Below, in pieces: positions 60,070 through 64,000 of a stretch of 64,000 bases of DNA; positions within the stretch are counted from its first letter, which is position 1, and the number at the start of each line of letters is the position of its first letter. The stretch comes from an uncultured Alphaproteobacteria bacterium (lineage in GTDB: Bacteria > Pseudomonadota > Alphaproteobacteria > HIMB59 > GCA-002718135). The stretch covers positions 19,615-83,614 of the forward strand of contig CACDIK010000002.1 of the NCBI GenBank assembly GCA_902553005.1, written 5' to 3'. The translations under genes and the position numbers were made by a program. The notes beneath the pieces are model-generated. The model saw only the letters and a list, made by a program, of their open reading frames with translations. It had not been told where the DNA came from and ran no database searches.

Positions 60070-60643
60070 TTAAAAAGTTTATCAATTTTGTTACAGCTAT
60101 AGACCTGTGGCTAATTTCATTTTTTTCTTTAGTGCTTAATTCAGCCAATGTTTTGTTATAATTTTTAGGAATGAAAACTGGATCATAACCAAAACCAAAT
60201 CTACCCTTAGCTTGTTCAGAAATTTTTCCATTAATTTTGCCATTAAATATTAGGTTTTGATTATCTTTAACTGTTAGGCTTATTGAAGTTTTAAAGTAAG
60301 CATTTTGTTTTCTGTTTTTTTTAGTACTCTTAATTATACTGTAAAAACAAGCCTCATTGCTTTTGAAATCATTTAAAAATCTTTTTGAAAGAACACCTGG
60401 TTTCCAATTTAAGCTTTCGATACATATTCCTGAGTCATCGGCAAAACAAGGAATGCCAGTTTTATTAAATCCATAGTCTGATTTAATTTTTGCATTTTCT
60501 TCAAAAGTATTACCAGTTTCTTCTGGCTCATTACTTATATTTAGATCATTTAATGAAAGAAGCTCTAGATTAAATTTCTTAAAAATTTTTTTAATTTCAA
60601 TTATTTTATTTTTATTATTTGAGAAAAATAATAATTGCCTCAA
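60062..60643 (-). CDS. rdgB: Non-canonical purine NTP pyrophosphatase
   Basis: EETGNTFEENA, ADDSG, FGYDPVF, KNEISHR. Confidence 0.95.
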   Translation of the reverse strand: MRQLLFFSNNKNKIIEIKKIFKKFNLELLSLNDLNISNEPEETGNTFEENAKIKSDYGFNKTGIPCFADDSGICIESLNWKPGVLSKRFLNDFKSNEACFYSIIKSTKKNRKQNAYFKTSISLTVKDNQNLIFNGKINGKISEQAKGRFGFGYDPVFIPKNYNKTLAELSTKEKNEISHRSIAVTKLINFLIN

Positions 60644-60644
60644 T

Positions 60645-61355
60645 TTATTTCAAAGCCTCTTTTTGTTTAGAAATTATTTCCTTAACCCCAATTTTTGCTA
60701 GTGAAAACATTTCTGTAAACTGAGCATCATTGAAAAAAAATTCTTCACCAGTCGCTTGAATTTCAGATATTTCATTTGAATCACAAATTACAAAATTTGC
60801 ATCTACTTGAGCTTCGGAGTCTTCCCTATAATCTAGGTCCAATAATGCTTTATTTTCAACTATGCCAGTTGATACTGCTCCTATAAAGTTTTTGATAATT
60901 GGTTTTTGAAGATTATAATTATTCTTTAATTTTTCTATTGCCAGATATAAAGAAATAAAACCACCACTGATAGAAGCAGTTCTTGTCCCACCATCTGCTT
61001 GAATTACATCACAATCTATTTTTATTTGACGCTCTCCAAGATTTGAAAGATCAACAATTGATCTTAAGCTTCGCCCAATTAACCTTTGTATTTCTTGCGT
61101 TCTACCCGACTGTTTTCCTTTTGCTGCCTCTCTATCCATTCTTGTATTTGTAGACCTTGGCAGCATGCCATATTCTGCTGTAACCCAACCCTTACCAGTA
61201 TTCTTTAACCAATGAGGAACTTTTTCATCAATTGTTGCAAGACAAAGGACATGTGTATTTCCAAATTTTACTAAGCATGAACCATCGGCATGAATATTCA
61301 CGTTTTTCTCAAATGAAATTTCACGCATTTGATTGAAGGATCTATCTTTTCTCAT
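60645..61355 (-). CDS. rph: Ribonuclease PH
   Basis: WVTAEYGMLPRST, GRTQEIQRLIGRSLR, QADGGTRTA. Confidence 0.97.
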   Translation of the reverse strand: MRKDRSFNQMREISFEKNVNIHADGSCLVKFGNTHVLCLATIDEKVPHWLKNTGKGWVTAEYGMLPRSTNTRMDREAAKGKQSGRTQEIQRLIGRSLRSIVDLSNLGERQIKIDCDVIQADGGTRTASISGGFISLYLAIEKLKNNYNLQKPIIKNFIGAVSTGIVENKALLDLDYREDSEAQVDANFVICDSNEISEIQATGEEFFFNDAQFTEMFSLAKIGVKEIISKQKEALK

Positions 61356-61402
61356 ATAAATTTAATAATAGTAGATAAATATTATTTTTAAATAAAATTC
61401 TT

Positions 61403-62449
61403 ATGTCTGATAATGTATATGCACAAATTAATGATAGATCGAAATTAATTTTCAAAAAATTAGTTGAGTCATATCTTAAAACTGGGTTTCCAGCAGGATC
61501 AGAAACAATTATGAAGATGGGAGGTTTAAATCTTTCTTCAGCATCTATTAGATCAATTTTATCAAATTTGCAAAAAGAAGGCCTTCTATATGCCCCACAC
61601 AGATCAGCAGGGCGAATGCCTACTGAAAAAGGAATGAGATTTTTTGTTGATGGACTATTAGAATTTGGAAGAATATCTAAATTAGATAAAGAAAATATTA
61701 AACAGCAGTGCTTAACTAAGGGCAAATCTTATGAAGAGGCCCTTGATGTTGCTTCTAAGGCTATTTCAGGTTTATCAAGTTATGCTGGAATTGTTATCGC
61801 GCCAAAATTTCAAAAAAATTTAAAGCACGTTGAGTTTATAAGATTAAATAGTAGTCAATTAATGCTTATTCTTGCTTATGAGAACGGAGAAGTAGAAAAT
61901 CGCATTGTTGAAGATAATGGAAAATATAATAGTTCATTATTAGTACAGGCCTCAAACTACCTTACATCAAAATTTAACAACAAAAATATTTCACAAATTA
62001 AAAGATTAATACAAACAGAAATAAAAAATTCACAAAATGAATTAGAATTAATTTCTTCAAAATTAATTCAACAGGGTATTATAGAAACTCAACCTAATAG
62101 TAAAAATCCTTATATTTTTTTACATGGTCAATCAAATTTATTAAAAGATGAAATAGTTTCAAAAGATTTAGATCAAATACGAAATCTTTTTGATGAAATA
62201 GAGAAAAAATCTAGTTTTGTAGATATATTAGAAACGGCAGGAAAAGCAAAAGGGGTTCAGATTTTTATTGGATCTAAAAATTTTTTGTTTAAACACTCTG
62301 GTCTTTCTATGGTAATGGCCCCATATAAAAATAATGATCAAGAAATTATAGGAGCTATAGGTGTAGTTGGGCCAACAAGACTAAACTACTCCAAAATAGT
62401 TCCGTTGGTTGATTATACATCTAAAATTATTGGAAAGGTGATTGATTAA
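61403..62449 (+). CDS. hrcA: Heat-inducible transcription repressor HrcA
   Basis: LSSASIR, PHRSAGRMPTEKGMRFFVD, GVVGPTRLNY. Confidence 0.95.
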   Translation: MSDNVYAQINDRSKLIFKKLVESYLKTGFPAGSETIMKMGGLNLSSASIRSILSNLQKEGLLYAPHRSAGRMPTEKGMRFFVDGLLEFGRISKLDKENIKQQCLTKGKSYEEALDVASKAISGLSSYAGIVIAPKFQKNLKHVEFIRLNSSQLMLILAYENGEVENRIVEDNGKYNSSLLVQASNYLTSKFNNKNISQIKRLIQTEIKNSQNELELISSKLIQQGIIETQPNSKNPYIFLHGQSNLLKDEIVSKDLDQIRNLFDEIEKKSSFVDILETAGKAKGVQIFIGSKNFLFKHSGLSMVMAPYKNNDQEIIGAIGVVGPTRLNYSKIVPLVDYTSKIIGKVID

Positions 62450-63120
62450 TGGTTGAAAAAAAAGAAGAAGATAACCAACAAGAAGAAATTAAAGAACCTG
62501 ATTCTGAGAATATTGAAAACGAAGAAGATAATAATGAAAGTCAAGAAAACAGAGATACGGAAGAAACAAACGAAGATGAAAAAACAGAGGAAGATACTTT
62601 AGAAAAGGAAATTGAAACACTTAAAGAAGAAAAAATCCGATTACTTGCTGAAATGGAAAATCTTAGAAAAAGATTTGAACGAGAAAAAGTTGAAACGATA
62701 AAATTTGGTAGTATTAACTTAGCAAGAGATATTTTATCGCCAGGAGATAATTTAGAAAGAGCGCTGGATGCTTTACCAGAAGATGAAAATCATCCAGAAA
62801 GTATAAAAAATCTTATCGATGGTTTAAAAATGGTGCTTAAAGAATACAAAAGTACTCTTGAAAAACACGGTGTCAAAAAAATTGAAACTTTAAATCAAAA
62901 ATTTGACCATAATTTTCATCAAGCAATGATGGAAGTTGAAAATAATGAAGTTGAAGAAGGAACAGTAGTACAAGAAGTCCAATCTGGCTATACTATGCAT
63001 GACCGATTGCTCAGAGCAGCAATGGTCGGAGTTTCTAAAAAACCAGTCGCTAAAACAGAAGAACCTACAGAAGAAAAAGAAGAAGATAATCCTGAAAATA
63101 AGAGTAAAGAAAAGTCATAA
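62449..63120 (+). CDS. grpE: Nucleotide exchange factor GrpE
   Basis: AEMENLRKR, DNLERAL, FDHNFHQA, GYTMHDRLLRAAMV. Confidence 0.97.
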   Translation: MVEKKEEDNQQEEIKEPDSENIENEEDNNESQENRDTEETNEDEKTEEDTLEKEIETLKEEKIRLLAEMENLRKRFEREKVETIKFGSINLARDILSPGDNLERALDALPEDENHPESIKNLIDGLKMVLKEYKSTLEKHGVKKIETLNQKFDHNFHQAMMEVENNEVEEGTVVQEVQSGYTMHDRLLRAAMVGVSKKPVAKTEEPTEEKEEDNPENKSKEKS

Positions 63121-63165
63121 AAAGCCTTAAATTACTTGTTTTTTTTAATATTAATTGGGAATATC

Positions 63166-63193
63166 CTTGTATTTTAAAACTTTTTTCCCATAT
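63166..63193 (+). promoter_or_regulatory. RpoH (sigma32) promoter of dnaK
   Basis: CTTG-N17-CCCATAT upstream of the GAGGA Shine-Dalgarno. Confidence 0.65.
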
Positions 63194-63245
63194 CTAAAGT
63201 AGCCAATGTTGATTGGTAAATAATTAATTAAAGAGGACATAAAAT

Positions 63246-64000
63246 ATGGCAAAAGTAATTGGTATTGATTTAGGTACTACAAACTCCTGCGTTGCAGTAA
63301 TGGACGGTAAGGAAGCAAAAGTAATTGAAAACTCAGAAGGTGGAAGAACAACACCATCAATGGTAGCGTTCAGTGACACAAAAGAAAAACTTGTTGGACA
63401 ATCAGCTAAAAGACAAGCAGTAACTAATTCTGAAAATACTTTATTTGCCATAAAAAGATTAATCGGAAGAACATTTGAGGATGAAGCAGTTAAGTCTGAT
63501 AGCGGATTAGTACCTTATAAAATTGTAAAAGGTGATAACGGTGATGCTTGGGTAGAAGCACGTGGAGATAAATATAGTCCCAGTCAAATTAGTGCATTCA
63601 TTTTACAAAAAATGAAAGAGACAGCAGAGTCTTATCTAGGAGATACTGTTACTCAAGCAGTTATAACAGTTCCCGCATATTTTAATGATGCTCAAAGACA
63701 AGCAACAAAAGATGCTGGAAAAATAGCTGGACTAGAAGTTTTAAGAATTATTAACGAGCCTACTGCTGCAGCGTTAGCATATGGTTTAGATAAAAAGAAA
63801 ACTGGTACTGTTGCTGTTTATGATCTTGGTGGAGGTACATTTGATATTTCTATCTTAGAAATTGGTGATGGTGTTTTTGAAGTTAAATCAACCAATGGTG
63901 ATACACACCTTGGTGGTGAAGATTTTGATCTTAAAATCATTGATTATCTAGCTGACGAATTCAAAAAAGATAATGGTATTGATTTACGCTCAGATAAACT
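63246..64000 (+). CDS. dnaK: Chaperone DnaK (5' part; runs off the window)
   Basis: Not in the ORF track. Hand translation gives [51 protein letters not shown]. Confidence 0.98.
   Translation, partial: MAKVIGIDLGTTNSCVAVMDGKEAKVIENSEGGRTTPSMVAFSDTKEKLVGQSAKRQAVTNSENTLFAIKRLIGRTFEDEAVKSDSGLVPYKIVKGDNGDAWVEARGDKYSPSQISAFILQKMKETAESYLGDTVTQAVITVPAYFNDAQRQATKDAGKIAGLEVLRIINEPTAAALAYGLDKKKTGTVAVYDLGGGTFDISILEIGDGVFEVKSTNGDTHLGGEDFDLKIIDYLADEFKKDNGIDLRSDK

Noticed and set aside
62449-62640. GAA-rich repeat-like DNA
   Set aside because: It encodes the ordinary acidic low-complexity N-terminus of GrpE.
61356-63245. CIRCE operator near hrcA, grpE or dnaK
   Set aside because: No TTAGCACTC-N9-GAGTGCTAA was seen; RpoH control of dnaK is the normal alphaproteobacterial pattern.
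1-64000. CRISPR array, rRNA, riboswitch or defence system
   Set aside because: No regularly spaced repeats, rRNA-like sequence, recognisable aptamer, or cas/RM/toxin-antitoxin genes were seen.

Overview
Very AT-rich, gene-dense chromosome segment of a streamlined marine alphaproteobacterium (SAR11-like or HIMB59/AEGEAN-169-like; taxonomy is inferred from gene order and composition). It spans the conserved origin neighbourhood: leuS-lptE-holA / parB-parA-rsmG-mnmG-mnmE-rho, a candidate oriC at about 43.5-43.9 kb with two parS palindromes nearby, then maf-aroE-coaE-dnaQ, hslVU, hisBHAFE, rph, hrcA-grpE-dnaK. Other content includes tsaD, acs, tdk, a split purH, the retinal operon crtI-crtB-crtY-blh, ftsK, lolA and a major porin. 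There are two accessory regions. One is a 10.4-16.6 kb surface-modification island (glycosyltransferases, 2OG oxygenase, sulfotransferases) ending at tRNA-Gly(GCC). The other is a 39.4-42.2 kb pair of secreted proteins (alginate-lyase-like and FG-GAP) between rho and mnmE. The strongest lead is a 1285-bp integrase-less, single-gene cassette in tRNA-Gly that keeps an attP-like architecture: a 51-bp core duplication, matched tandem arm-type repeats at both inner ends and an IHF box. Other leads are the absence of heme genes from three conserved loci, a T4-type lysozyme in the mltA position, and an apparently inverted GC-skew polarity around the putative origin. All calls come from reading motifs by eye; no database searches were run.
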